Positions 29,061 to 38,838 of a stretch of 64,000 nucleotides of DNA are shown in pieces. Source of the stretch: Myxococcota bacterium (GTDB taxonomy: Bacteria > Myxococcota_A > Polyangia > Nannocystales > Nannocystaceae); the NCBI GenBank assembly GCA_039194325.1, contig JBCCWC010000003.1, positions 160,001-224,000 of the forward strand, read 5' to 3'. Every line of letters begins with the position of its first letter. Position 1 is the first letter of the stretch. The notes under the pieces are model-generated. The model made no database searches, was not told the origin of the DNA, and worked only from the letters and a program-made list of their open reading frames with translations. Position numbers and translations under genes: made by a program.

Positions 29061-30566
29061 TCAGCTGTCGCCGGTTTGGATCTCGCCGCTCAGTAGCTCG
29101 AGGATCGTGGCGACGGGCACCCCGGTGCCGCCGGGGGTGGTCACCCCGTAGGCCTTGCTGGCGATGGCTGGGCCCGCGATGTCCACGTGCATCCAGCGGA
29201 CCCCCTCGTTGAACTCGCTCAAGAACAAGCCCGCGGTGAGGGCTCCGCCCCAGCGCTCGCCGGTGTTGCGCATGTCGGCGATCTTGCTCTTGAGCTGCTC
29301 CTTGAGGTTGCCGGGCAGAGGCAACCTCCACATGGTCTCGCCGCTGCGCTCGGCCGCGGCCATCCAGTCGCCCAGCAGCCGCTCGTCGTGGGTCATCACG
29401 CCGGCGATGCGGGGGCCCAGGGCCACGATGCAGGCCCCGGTGAGCGTGGCAAAGTCGATCATCAGCTCGGGCTCGAGCTTGGAGGCGTACACCATCGCGT
29501 CGGCCATGGTCAGGCGACCCTCCGCGTCGGTGTTGTTGATCTCCACCGTCTTGCCATTCGAGGCGGTCAGCACGTCACCCAGCTTGTAGGCCTTGCCGCT
29601 CACCAGGTTCTCGGCCGCGGCCACGATGCTGTGCACCTCGTACTCCACCCCGAGGCGAACCGCCCCCTCGAACGCAGAGATCACCGCCGCCGAGCCGCCC
29701 ATGTCGAGCTTCATGTCGAGCATGCCGTCGGTCGGCTTGAGCGAGTAACCGCCCGAGTCGAAGGTCACCCCCTTGCCGATCAGACAGATCCGCGGGGCCT
29801 TCGCGACGCTCTTGGGACGATAGGTGAGGTGGATGAACTTGGGTGGCTCGTCGCTGCCTTGGGCCACGCCCAGGTAGCAACCCATGCCCCGCTGCTCGCA
29901 CTGCTCTTGGTCGAGCACCGTCAGCTCCACGTCGTGTCCCTCGCCCTTGAGCGCGTTGACCACGTCCGTGGCGGTTTGGGCGAGGAACGACGGGGTGACC
30001 AGGCCGGGCGGACCGTTGCCCAGGTCCCGAGCGCGGGCCACCGATGCGGCGACGATCTGCCCCCGCATCGATCCCTCAGCGGGCGCAGCCGAGCGGCCCC
30101 ATGCGCTCACCCGCTGGAGGCTCTTGGGGGTGCTCTCGTTGAGGAAGCGATCGTAGGAATACGTGCCCAGCTCCAAACCTTGAGCCACCAAATTGCCGAC
30201 CTGAGCGGCATCATCACCCTCGGCTGGCAGGCCGTCGCCTCCATGAAGGTCGAGGACCAAGTGAGAGGCTCCCACGCGCTGGGTCTCGCGGGCAGCGTCA
30301 TGCGCCAGCTGGCGTAGCGCCGCGGGATCGGTGAGCTGAGTGGTGCCCAGAAGCATCACGTGCTGCAGCGTTCCTTCGATCTGCCGCGTGAACGTGAAGC
30401 TCTCGCTCGGCTTACCCGTGAAGGGCGCCTGCCCGACCGCATCGCGGACCGCGGCGCCAAATCGCTGTGCGATGGTCTCGGGGTCGTGGCCCTCACGCAA
30501 CGGCACAGCCAACAGCTGTCCGGCTGCGACCACCGGCTCCTCCGTCGTCCAGTCGATATCGAGCAT
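29061..30566 (-). CDS. pepA: Leucyl aminopeptidase (M17)
   Basis: IGKGVTFDSGG, MKLDMGG, NTDAEGRL, ATLTGA, HVDIAG. Confidence 0.95.
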   Translation of the reverse strand: MLDIDWTTEEPVVAAGQLLAVPLREGHDPETIAQRFGAAVRDAVGQAPFTGKPSESFTFTRQIEGTLQHVMLLGTTQLTDPAALRQLAHDAARETQRVGASHLVLDLHGGDGLPAEGDDAAQVGNLVAQGLELGTYSYDRFLNESTPKSLQRVSAWGRSAAPAEGSMRGQIVAASVARARDLGNGPPGLVTPSFLAQTATDVVNALKGEGHDVELTVLDQEQCEQRGMGCYLGVAQGSDEPPKFIHLTYRPKSVAKAPRICLIGKGVTFDSGGYSLKPTDGMLDMKLDMGGSAAVISAFEGAVRLGVEYEVHSIVAAAENLVSGKAYKLGDVLTASNGKTVEINNTDAEGRLTMADAMVYASKLEPELMIDFATLTGACIVALGPRIAGVMTHDERLLGDWMAAAERSGETMWRLPLPGNLKEQLKSKIADMRNTGERWGGALTAGLFLSEFNEGVRWMHVDIAGPAIASKAYGVTTPGGTGVPVATILELLSGEIQTGDS

Positions 30567-30905
30567 TCCGTAGTCTTCCTTCGTGTTTTTTCACGGCGGC
30601 CGCAGTGCGCTTGACACGCTGCACCGTTCCCGCCCCAACTGCGGCGGGGTTTATCGCACAGCCGTGGCCCCTCCGCCCAGCGCGCAGCGGCAGCCGCGAA
30701 AGACGCCTTCGAGGTGTGCGGCTCGCCCGCATTTCACAGCGCGGAAGCGCCCGGTCGAAAATGATAGATTGTTGAAATTATTGATATTTACTGGGCTCGA
30801 CGGGGTGAGGTGTCAGTCATGGATAACTAGGCATCATGATCATGTACCTTGCCTAAAAGATCATTCACCTTCGCGTAATTGCGTGCCAATGATGCTTAAT
30901 TGTTA

Positions 30906-30934
30906 TTGACACGCGCTGATCGCGACCGTAAGGT
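30906..30934 (+). promoter_or_regulatory. Sigma70-type promoter of the histone-like gene
   Basis: TTGACA (30906-30911), 17-bp spacer, TAAGGT (30929-30934), with an AT-rich upstream tract. Confidence 0.75.
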
Positions 30935-30973
30935 CCGACCTACCGTTGCCCCTTGAAGGAGGGTCCACTCACG

Positions 30974-31384
30974 ATGCTCGACGCTGATACCGCTCAGGCG
31001 CCCGCGCAGGCCGCGAAGCCGCGTCGCAAGGCTGCCAAGAAGAAAACCAAGAAGAAGGTCGCCAAGAAGAAGGTCGCCAAGAAGAAGGTGACCAAGAAGA
31101 AGGCGGCCAAGAAGAAGGTCGCCAAGAAGAAGGTCGCCAAGAAGAAGGTCGCCAAGAAGAAGGCGGCCAAGAAGAAGGTCGCCAAGAAGAAGGCGGCCAA
31201 GAAGAAGACGGCCAAGAAGAAGGCGGCCAAGAAGAAGACGGCCAAGAAGAAGGTCGCCAAGAAGAAGGCGGCCAAGAAGAAGACGGCCAAGAAGAAGGTC
31301 GCCAAGAAGAAGGTCGCCAAGAAGAAGGCCACCAAGAAGAAGGCCACCAAGAAGAAGGCCACCAAGCGCAAGACCAAGAAGTAG
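30974..31384 (+). CDS. Histone H1-like Lys/Ala-rich protein
   Basis: AAGGAGG SD; roughly 22 pentapeptide [VAT][AT]KKK units (15-bp repeats); 136 aa. Confidence 0.85.
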   Translation: MLDADTAQAPAQAAKPRRKAAKKKTKKKVAKKKVAKKKVTKKKAAKKKVAKKKVAKKKVAKKKAAKKKVAKKKAAKKKTAKKKAAKKKTAKKKVAKKKAAKKKTAKKKVAKKKVAKKKATKKKATKKKATKRKTKK

Positions 31385-31414
31385 CACCTGCTTCTCCCAA
31401 GCTTGCGAACGCTT

Positions 31415-31443
31415 CGCCGTCGCGGCCTCGGGCCACGGCGGCG
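31415..31443 (+). terminator. GC-rich hairpin after the histone-like gene
   Basis: CGCCGTCGCGGCC-TCG-GGCCACGGCGGCG; no strong U tract. Confidence 0.45.
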
Positions 31444-31501
31444 TTGCTACGTCTGGCTCGACGACAACACGGGCTGGATCGTCAGTGGCGGTGCACGGTT
31501 C

Positions 31502-31598
31502 AGCGCACGGTGATAATAAGAGTGGAGGCGCGAGCGCGTCGGGCAAGCGCACGGTGATAAGAGTGGAGGCGCGAGCGCGTCGGGCAAGCGCACGGTGA
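31502..31598. repeat. Intergenic 44/41-bp tandem duplication plus partial third copy
   Basis: AGCGCACGGTGATAA(TAA)GAGTGGAGGCGCGAGCGCGTCGGGCA at 31502 and 31546; partial copy at 31587. Confidence 0.9.
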
Positions 31599-31628
31599 CC
31601 GCGGTAAGCGAGGCAAACATGCCCCGAG

Positions 31629-32378
31629 TCAGAGCTCGAGTGCGTCGGCAAATGTAGCCAGGTTGTTGCGCGCTCGGGCTCCACTGAACACGATGGCCGG
31701 GTCGGCGGCCACCTCGGCGTGATCGAGCAGCTCGTCGATCATGCCCCCGTGGATCGTCCCCTCGCGAGGAATGTCCACGCGAAGCCAGGCCCCGGGCGCT
31801 GCGAGGCCGTTGCCTTGCTCGTTGCGCAGCGGTCGACCGCCCGCAAACGCGGGCAGCATGACCGTGATGCCGACCTCGCGGGCGAGGGCCGCAGCCACCG
31901 GTGCTTCCCACAGGCCCTCGGGCTCCCACACCAGGTCGATCCCCTCGGCGCGCCGGACCTCGGCAAAAGCGCGGATGCGTGCGCGACCCAGAGCGCCCGG
32001 GGTGATGCTCGGAGGGGTGCGCAGCACGACCGTGTTCGATTGCATCGCGTTGGCACACAGTCGCGTCACGTCCCAGGCTTGCTGGATCTGTGCATTGTCC
32101 TGCAGTCCTCCAAACAGGTGAGGCGGCCCGCTGAGCGTTCGCGTGCTTCGCTCGCGCATACGGTCCTCAGGCCCATGGGTGACCAAGTGCCAGGCCAGCG
32201 GCAGCAATCGAGCTCGCGGAAAACTCCGTTGCACCTGCTGAGCCCAACGCTTGGCTGCGCCGGCACGGGGAGGATCGAGCAGCGTACGCTCGAGCATCAC
32301 CACGTCGACACGCGGGTCGGGGGCTCGACGCCGGCGGGCGTTGCGTTCGGTGAGCACCAGGCCGAGGGTGACCGACAT
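31629..32378 (-). CDS. DUF72-like protein
   Basis: AWHLVTH, VLRTPPSI and VWEPEGLW resemble DUF72 motifs. Confidence 0.6.
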   Translation of the reverse strand: MSVTLGLVLTERNARRRRAPDPRVDVVMLERTLLDPPRAGAAKRWAQQVQRSFPRARLLPLAWHLVTHGPEDRMRERSTRTLSGPPHLFGGLQDNAQIQQAWDVTRLCANAMQSNTVVLRTPPSITPGALGRARIRAFAEVRRAEGIDLVWEPEGLWEAPVAAALAREVGITVMLPAFAGGRPLRNEQGNGLAAPGAWLRVDIPREGTIHGGMIDELLDHAEVAADPAIVFSGARARNNLATFADALEL

Positions 32379-32462
32379 CCGGCGGACCGTAGGCTCGCGG
32401 TCGTGGCTTGGCAACCTGGTACCAGGCCCCGAGGTTTCATCGAGATTCCTGCTTGCCTGATA

Positions 32463-32490
32463 ACTACCATGGTAGTATTACCATGGTAGT
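32463..32490. promoter_or_regulatory. Tandem palindromic operator, probably for BlaI
   Basis: ACTACCATGGTAGT (perfect 14-bp palindrome) then ATTACCATGGTAGT, ending 1 bp before the blaI ATG. Confidence 0.75.
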
Positions 32491-32491
32491 C

Positions 32492-32914
32492 ATGCCTACC
32501 GAGCATCTCGGCAAGCTTCAGCTCGCCATCATGCGCGTGTTGTGGGCCGCCGGCGAGAGCACCGTCGCCGAGGTTCACCGCGCGCTCGAGCCGTCCCATG
32601 GTTTGGCTCCCACCACGATCGCCACCATGCTCAAGAAGATGGAGGGCAAGGGAGTGGTTGTGCACCGGACCGAGGGTCGGCGTTTCATCTACCGGCCGAT
32701 CGTCAGCGAGTCCACCGTCACGCGCTCGATGGTCGCCGACCTCAAGGAGCGCCTGTTCGGGGGCAGCGCGGCGGCTCTGGTGAGCCACCTGCTGCAGTCG
32801 CACGAGGTCGATGACGAAGAGCTGGCCGAGCTTCGCCGTCAGATCGAGCAAGCCCACGACGGCGAAGCCCACGACGGCGAAACCCACGACAGCGAAAGAG
32901 GATCCACCCGATGA
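32492..32914 (+). CDS. BlaI/MecI/CopY family repressor
   Basis: LQLAIMRVLW, TVAEV, LAPTTIATMLKKMEGKG, GRRFIYRP, LFGGS..ALVSHLL. Confidence 0.92.
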   Translation: MPTEHLGKLQLAIMRVLWAAGESTVAEVHRALEPSHGLAPTTIATMLKKMEGKGVVVHRTEGRRFIYRPIVSESTVTRSMVADLKERLFGGSAAALVSHLLQSHEVDDEELAELRRQIEQAHDGEAHDGETHDSERGSTR

Positions 32915-35475
32915 ATGCCTTCGTGATCGCCTGGGTCGTCACCTACTTGCTGCACAGCACGATCCTGGTGCTGGGGGCATGGCTGCTGGATGTTCGTTGG
33001 CGGGATCGCCCCGAGCGGATGTCGGCCGTGTGGAAGACCGCACTGGTGGGCGGGGTGCTCACGGCTACCGTGCAGACCGGCCTGGGGGTGGCGCCGCTGG
33101 TCGGAAGCTGGGATCTGTCCCCGGCGCTGGCGACCCGCGATGTGGCCTCGCGTTCGGTGCGAACCGAGCGGGTGGTCGTTGCCGACGCCGCTCGCACGCC
33201 ATCGCTCGAGCGCTCATGGTCGCAGCCCGAGGTCATCGGGGGCGAGGCGACGCTGCCGCGAGCCGAGGCCCCCGAAGCGGAGCCGACGAGTTCGGGTGCT
33301 CAGGACGAATCAGAGCCCCGGGGCTTGGCCGCCGCGAGTCAGGCCGTGCCCGCGGGGTCTCGGGCCACGGTGAGCCCGGAGCCGGCGAGGCCCGAGGCCG
33401 CGGTCGCATCGAGCACTGTGGGCCGAAGAGCCGAGCTCGCCGCCGAGGGCGGCAACACGTGGCTGTCTGGGTCGCTCCCCTGGCTGGTCGGTGCGCTGAT
33501 CGTCGGCGCTTCGTTGGGCCTGATGTCGGTGCTCGCGGCGTTCGTCGCCTTGTATCGTCGGCTTCGAGGTCGTCGTGCGCAGCCCGAGGGCTCGTTGACC
33601 GCGCTGCTCGACACGCTACGGCGGCGGGCGGGTGTCGAGCGCCGGGTGCCGCTGACGGTGGCGCCGAGGGTTCACGTGCCCATGGCGGTGGGCGTGGTGC
33701 GGCCGGAGATCGTGGTCCCACCCCAGGCCGAGGCCGGGCTGTGTGCGGCGCATCAGCAGAGCCTGCTCGCCCACGAGCTCGCCCATGTGTTGCGCCGCGA
33801 TCCCGCGTGGCGAGTGCTCGCGCTGCTCGTCGAGCGGGTCTTGTTCTTCCAGCCGCTCAACCGGCTCGCGGCGGCGCGTCTGGGGCAGACGGCCGAGTAC
33901 CTGTGCGACGACTGGGCCGCCCGTCACACGCAGCAGCCGCTGGCCCTCGCTAGCTGCCTGACCGAGATCGCCACGTGGGTCGCTCGCCCCGGGCCCGTTG
34001 CCGCGACCATGGCCGGGCCGCGCTCGATCCTCGGGCGCCGCGTGCATCGCTTGCTGCAGCCCTCCTCCGAGCGTCCTCGACCCCCGTGGCTGGTGGCCGC
34101 GCTCGGCCTGCCCCTGCTAGGTCTGGTGCTCGCCGCCCCCGGGGTCTCGGCTCACGCTCGGCCGCCGTCGGCGGCATCTACCTCGGCTCGGGTGGTCGCT
34201 ACGGACGACGTGAGCCCGCGCCACGGGGTACTCGCCCCACTCGCCTACAGCGCAGATGGAGGGGTGCTCGTGCTGCGCGACGGCGACGGCGAGCTGGTCG
34301 TGAAGTCCGTGCCGGCCGAGGATCACGCCGAGCCCACCGATCGTGCGAGTCGTCGCCGGGCGCGCAAGGCCGAGCGCCAGCGGGACAAGGCCGCCGACAA
34401 GGCCCGGCGTCGGGCGAAGAAGGAGATCCGCAAGGCGTTTCGTCAGGCGCGCCGACGAGGCGACCCTGCGCCTTCACGCCGCGAGCTGGAGGCGATCGTC
34501 CGACGCGCTCGGGCTGCTGGAGAGCCTCACCGGCGTGAGGAGTTCGAGCTGCACCTGGTAGTGCCGGGCGGGGTCGAGATCCACGGCCGCCTGCCGGTCG
34601 ATGTGGAGATCTACGAGGCGCTCAAAGAACTAGAGGGGCTAGAGGAGCTAGAGGCGCTAGCGCCGGTGCTCGAGCAGCTCGAGCAAGACCTGGAGCCGAT
34701 GCTCGAAGGGCTCGAAGAGCTCAAAGAGCTCGAAGAGCTCGAAGAGCTGGGCCCGGTGTTCGAGCAGCTCGAAGAGCTGGGGCCGATGCTCGAGCAGCTC
34801 GAAGAGGATCTCGGGAACGTGCGTGTCGAGCTGGATCTTCGGGCACCGAGGGGTGCACGCGGGCATGAGGCCGCTCCGGATGGCCGTAGGCGTGCTCATC
34901 CCCGGTCGGCCCGCGAGGCTCGTGAGCGAGTGCGAGCTCGCGAGCGGGCGCGGGCGCGGGTGCGGCACGATGCGGAGCGTCTGGCTCACGAGCGGGTGCG
35001 GGCGCGGGCGCGGCATGATGCGGAGCGCGCGGCTCACCAGCGGGCGCGGGCCGAGGCCATGGCCGCCCGCGAGCGGGCCCGCCGACAGTTCGAGCAAGCT
35101 CGGCGACGCTACGAGTCCTTGCACGAGCGCGAGCGGCAACGTCATGCCCCACCCCACGAGGAGCTCGATCGTCGACAGCGGCAGCGGATCCAACGGGAGC
35201 TCCAAGAGGTCGAGCGGCAGCGGCAGCAACAACGTCGTCGGCGCTCGGGTTCGTCCGAGCCGCCCGTCGTCTGGCGTGTGATGCCTTTGCCCGCGCCGGC
35301 TCCCGCTCATCCCGAGCGAGTGGCTCCGGTGGCGCCACCGGCTCCCCCGGCTCCCCCGGACACGGGTCGACCTTCGAACGCCCGTCGTCGCGCCGCTGCG
35401 GTCGAGCCCCTTGCGGTGTGGTTCTCCACGCCCGCGCCGCCGGCTCCGCCGCCCGCCCCCAAACGAGAGATCTGA
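32911..35475 (+). CDS. M56 (BlaR1-like) membrane metallopeptidase with long low-complexity C-terminus
   Basis: ATGA overlap with blaI; LAHELAHVLRRD (HExxH), FFQPL, EYLCDDWA. Confidence 0.9.
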   Translation: MNAFVIAWVVTYLLHSTILVLGAWLLDVRWRDRPERMSAVWKTALVGGVLTATVQTGLGVAPLVGSWDLSPALATRDVASRSVRTERVVVADAARTPSLERSWSQPEVIGGEATLPRAEAPEAEPTSSGAQDESEPRGLAAASQAVPAGSRATVSPEPARPEAAVASSTVGRRAELAAEGGNTWLSGSLPWLVGALIVGASLGLMSVLAAFVALYRRLRGRRAQPEGSLTALLDTLRRRAGVERRVPLTVAPRVHVPMAVGVVRPEIVVPPQAEAGLCAAHQQSLLAHELAHVLRRDPAWRVLALLVERVLFFQPLNRLAAARLGQTAEYLCDDWAARHTQQPLALASCLTEIATWVARPGPVAATMAGPRSILGRRVHRLLQPSSERPRPPWLVAALGLPLLGLVLAAPGVSAHARPPSAASTSARVVATDDVSPRHGVLAPLAYSADGGVLVLRDGDGELVVKSVPAEDHAEPTDRASRRRARKAERQRDKAADKARRRAKKEIRKAFRQARRRGDPAPSRRELEAIVRRARAAGEPHRREEFELHLVVPGGVEIHGRLPVDVEIYEALKELEGLEELEALAPVLEQLEQDLEPMLEGLEELKELEELEELGPVFEQLEELGPMLEQLEEDLGNVRVELDLRAPRGARGHEAAPDGRRRAHPRSAREARERVRARERARARVRHDAERLAHERVRARARHDAERAAHQRARAEAMAARERARRQFEQARRRYESLHERERQRHAPPHEELDRRQRQRIQRELQEVERQRQQQRRRRSGSSEPPVVWRVMPLPAPAPAHPERVAPVAPPAPPAPPDTGRPSNARRRAAAVEPLAVWFSTPAPPAPPPAPKREI

Positions 35476-35494
35476 ACGAACCGGAGAGATTGCC

Positions 35495-36418
35495 ATGTCC
35501 ATCGTTACCGCCGTGATGCTTGGCGCCGTGCTGCTCGTGCCCGGGACTTCCCAAGTGGCTGCTGCCGATGCGCTCCCGACTCCACCGACGACCTTGGATC
35601 CGTCCCTGTCCTCGTCCCTCGTTGCAATGGGTTCGGGCGTGGAGGGGTTCCCACCTCCACGCCCGCCCATGCCCTCGTTCGTGGGGCGCCCGCCTGCTGC
35701 TGCACCGCCGCCGCCGCCCATGCCAGCGTTCGTGCCAGCGTTGATGGTGGATCCACCGGCCAACGCGCCTCGGCCTCCGCAGCCTCCCGCGGCTCCTCGC
35801 TTCGCCTGGAGCATGTCCATGGACGGCATGGGTCCTCGGCTGGGCACGCAGGTCTCCACCATGACCGCCGATCTGCGTGCGTTCTTTGGGGCGCCTCGGG
35901 ATGCCGGCTTGCTGGTCCAGGGCATCGAGCCCGGGAGCGCGGCCGAGGGGGCCAAGCTGAAGGTGGGCGACGTGCTCGTCGAGGTCGATGGTCGGAAGAT
36001 CGAGCGGGTCACCGACGTGCGACGAGCCTTGGCGGGTCACAAACAAGGTGACGTGGTCGAGATCGAGGTGGTGCGCAACAAGAAGCGCAAGACACTCGAG
36101 GTGACTGTCGATGCCAGCGGTGGCTCGCGGTCGTTCGGCCTGCCGCCCGGCACGGACTTCGACACGTTGATTCCACCCGAGGCGCGGCGACACCTCGGCC
36201 CCGAGGTGCGCGAGCAGGTCGAGCGGCAGCTCGACCTGGCGCGCGAGCAGCTGCGCCAAGTCGAGCGCATGCTCGAGTCGCTCGACTCGTCCGGCGAGGC
36301 GGGCAAGAGCAAGAGCAAGAGCAAGAGCAAGAGCAAGAGCAAGGCCAAGAGCAAAGCCAAGAAGAAATCGAAGGCGAAGAAGAAGGCGAAACCGGCCGAG
36401 GTCGACCGCTCGGCTTGA
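35495..36418 (+). CDS. Exported PDZ domain protein
   Basis: GGAGAG SD; signal peptide; Pro-rich region; PRLG...GLLVQGIEPGSAAEGAKLKVGDVLVEVDG; Lys/Ser tail. Confidence 0.85.
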   Translation: MSIVTAVMLGAVLLVPGTSQVAAADALPTPPTTLDPSLSSSLVAMGSGVEGFPPPRPPMPSFVGRPPAAAPPPPPMPAFVPALMVDPPANAPRPPQPPAAPRFAWSMSMDGMGPRLGTQVSTMTADLRAFFGAPRDAGLLVQGIEPGSAAEGAKLKVGDVLVEVDGRKIERVTDVRRALAGHKQGDVVEIEVVRNKKRKTLEVTVDASGGSRSFGLPPGTDFDTLIPPEARRHLGPEVREQVERQLDLAREQLRQVERMLESLDSSGEAGKSKSKSKSKSKSKAKSKAKKKSKAKKKAKPAEVDRSA

Positions 36419-36440
36419 CGATCGCGCACGTGCTCGGCCG

Positions 36441-37433
36441 TCACCCTTCGATCTCACCCGCCTGGCAAAACGGTACCTCGCGTTCCTCGTCGTCGATCAT
36501 CTCGTAGGAGCGACAGCGGTCGAACACCGAGACCGTGGTGCCGTACCGGGGTCGCACGTCCAGCCCGGGCATGGGTAGGCCGCTGGCCCGAGCGGCCTCG
36601 AGCCTCCGCCGGCAGAACCCTCGGGTTCCTCCGCTGGAATCGCGTGAAGTCCCGCTGAAGCGAAAGCCGGAGCACGTCGCGCAGGCCTCGACCACCCCTT
36701 GCTCGAGCAGATCGGGGAGCTCGTTGAGCACCGTGTAGGCGTCGCAGCGGTCCGGCTGCATCTGCAGCAGGTAGCTCCGTCCGGCCACGTGGGCGATCAT
36801 CAGGGTGATGTCGGCTCGTCCCGGTCCTCCGGGTCGAATGCCGCACTCCTGAAGCAGCAAGATCCGCCGCTCAAGGCCGTCGCGCAGCGTCAGCATGCGC
36901 ACCGTCACCTGCGACAGGTGCTCCAGCACATGGGCTTCGGCCCCGTCTTGGTGCCCGAACTCCACCACCTCGCGCGGGTCGAGCAGGGTGCGCACGTCGA
37001 GGGTGCGAAACTCGTGCAGCGAGGCCAGCGAGGGCAGCCGGGCCACCTCGAAGCGCGGGCCTTGGCGCTCGACGAGCGAGAACGCGGCCTGCCCGTTGGT
37101 GTACAGCCACTGGGGGCGGCAGTAGTGATCGAGCAGCACGTCGCGCCAGCGGGCGGGATCGGTGATGCCCATCGTCTCGAAGAGCGCGCTGCCCTTGCCC
37201 TGCTCGAACGACTGATAGAGCGCGTGGCGAAGGCCTTCGAGTCGGTCGGCCACCACCTTGCGATCGGTGACGTCGGGTTCGAGCTGGTCGATCTGTGCCT
37301 GGGCGTCGAGCACGATCGTCCAGTGCCGCGGGATCTCGCGCGCCTGTGGGTAGCAAAAGCGCACGCACAGCCCGTCCAGGGGCTCGATGCTCTCGATGGG
37401 CAGCCGCGAGAGGATCTCGTGATAGGGGATCAA
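36441..37433 (-). CDS. Hypothetical protein with C-terminal Cys cluster
   Basis: TTG start overlaps the upstream TGA; CATC...GFC...DRC. Confidence 0.65.
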   Translation of the reverse strand: MIPYHEILSRLPIESIEPLDGLCVRFCYPQAREIPRHWTIVLDAQAQIDQLEPDVTDRKVVADRLEGLRHALYQSFEQGKGSALFETMGITDPARWRDVLLDHYCRPQWLYTNGQAAFSLVERQGPRFEVARLPSLASLHEFRTLDVRTLLDPREVVEFGHQDGAEAHVLEHLSQVTVRMLTLRDGLERRILLLQECGIRPGGPGRADITLMIAHVAGRSYLLQMQPDRCDAYTVLNELPDLLEQGVVEACATCSGFRFSGTSRDSSGGTRGFCRRRLEAARASGLPMPGLDVRPRYGTTVSVFDRCRSYEMIDDEEREVPFCQAGEIEG

Positions 37434-38587
37434 GACAACGCCTGCTGGATGTCCGCGATCAGGTCGCGCGGGTCTTCGAGCCCGATGGACATGCGTAGCA
37501 ACCCATCGGCGATGCCCTGCTTCCGGCGCACGTCCGGGTCGAGGCCGGCGTGGGAGGTCTGCGCGGGGCGGGTCACCAGCGTCTCGGGGCCGCCCAGGCT
37601 GGGGGCGTTGAGCGGCCAGCGCAGGCGCGAGACGAAGCGATCGGCTGCCTCCACGCCGCCGTGTAGCTCGAAGCTCAGCATCGCCCCGAAGCCGCCGTCG
37701 AGCAGCTCGGCCGCGCGAGCGTGCCCGGGGTGCGAGGGCAGGCCCGGATGGTGGATCTGCTCGACCGCCGGGTGTTCGTGCAGCATCCGGGCGATGGTCA
37801 GCGCGCTGGTGCACTGCTGGCGCATACGCACCCCCAGGGTCTTGAGGCCGCGCTGGAGCAAGAAGCACACGTGCGGATCGAGGCTGCCCCCCAGCAGGTT
37901 GAGGGTGCGGCGAATGGTGCCCACCCGATCGGCCGTGCCCACGATCGCTCCGGCCACGAGATCCGAGTGGCCGCCCATGTACTTGCTGGCGCTGTGCAGC
38001 GACAAGTCGAAGCCCAGGTCCAGCGGTCGCAGCAAGATGGGGCTGACGAAGGTCGCGTCGATGAGCGACACCAGCCCGTGCTCACGAGCAAAGCGCACCA
38101 CCGCCGGTAGATCGGCCACCCTGAGCAGCGGGTTGGTCAGGGCCTCCACGTAGAAGATCCGGGTCGTGGGGCGGCGAGCCTCGGCCCAGCTAGAGGGATC
38201 CTCGGCATCCACGAAGGTGTGGTCTACGCCCCACTGGGCCAGGTGTTTGGTGATGAGAGCGTGGGTTCCGCCGTAAAGAGCGCGCTGCGCGAGCACGTGA
38301 TCCCCGGGTCGCAGCAGGGTCAGCATGGTGGTGGCGATCGCCGCCATTCCGCTGCTGGTGACCAGCGCCGCTTCGCCCCCCTCTAGCGCCGCGAGCTTTT
38401 GGTGCAGTGCGATGTGGTTGGGGCTGTTGTTGAGCCGGAGATATCGAACATCGTCGTACGAGCCTTCCCCGGTGTACTCGAAGGTCGACGATTGAAAGAT
38501 CGGTAGGCAGATCGCCCCGTCCACGCGTGGTTTCGGTTCACCCGCATGGATGAGTTGGGTATCCAGGCGCTCGTCGTTGTCGGTCAC
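37430..38587 (-). CDS. PLP-dependent trans-sulfuration enzyme (cystathionine gamma-lyase/synthase family)
   Basis: PIFQSSTF, SSGMAAI, YGGT, EALTNP, DATF, HSASKYMGGHSD, SLGG, RMSIGLE. Confidence 0.93.
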   Translation of the reverse strand: MTDNDERLDTQLIHAGEPKPRVDGAICLPIFQSSTFEYTGEGSYDDVRYLRLNNSPNHIALHQKLAALEGGEAALVTSSGMAAIATTMLTLLRPGDHVLAQRALYGGTHALITKHLAQWGVDHTFVDAEDPSSWAEARRPTTRIFYVEALTNPLLRVADLPAVVRFAREHGLVSLIDATFVSPILLRPLDLGFDLSLHSASKYMGGHSDLVAGAIVGTADRVGTIRRTLNLLGGSLDPHVCFLLQRGLKTLGVRMRQQCTSALTIARMLHEHPAVEQIHHPGLPSHPGHARAAELLDGGFGAMLSFELHGGVEAADRFVSRLRWPLNAPSLGGPETLVTRPAQTSHAGLDPDVRRKQGIADGLLRMSIGLEDPRDLIADIQQALS

Positions 38588-38803
38588 GGGTTTCTTGTAC
38601 CGCGCTCGATCCCGGCCTTGCGCGGGGCTCCGCGATTCCGTCTCGGAGCAATGCGTCAAGTCCGCGGGTCCGAAATCCTTGCGCGTCGGGAACTCGCGCC
38701 CGATGCGCAACGCCACTTTTGGGGTCTATGAGGCTCGGAGAATGAAATGGGCGATCAAAGTCCTTGCCGGGCGTCACCCGGGCCGCTACTTTGAGCTCGG
38801 TCG

Positions 38804-38820
38804 TTGAAAACGACTTTCAA
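38804..38820. promoter_or_regulatory. Fur-like palindrome upstream of bfd
   Basis: TTGAAA-ACGAC-TTTCAA, 18 bp before the ATG. Confidence 0.65.
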
Positions 38821-38838
38821 AGCGACATTCAAGCCGTC

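Noticed and set aside
30896..31684. Antisense LLLGD, WRPSS and FFLA repeat ORFs
   Set aside because: These mirror the AKKK repeat; promoter and SD support the + strand.
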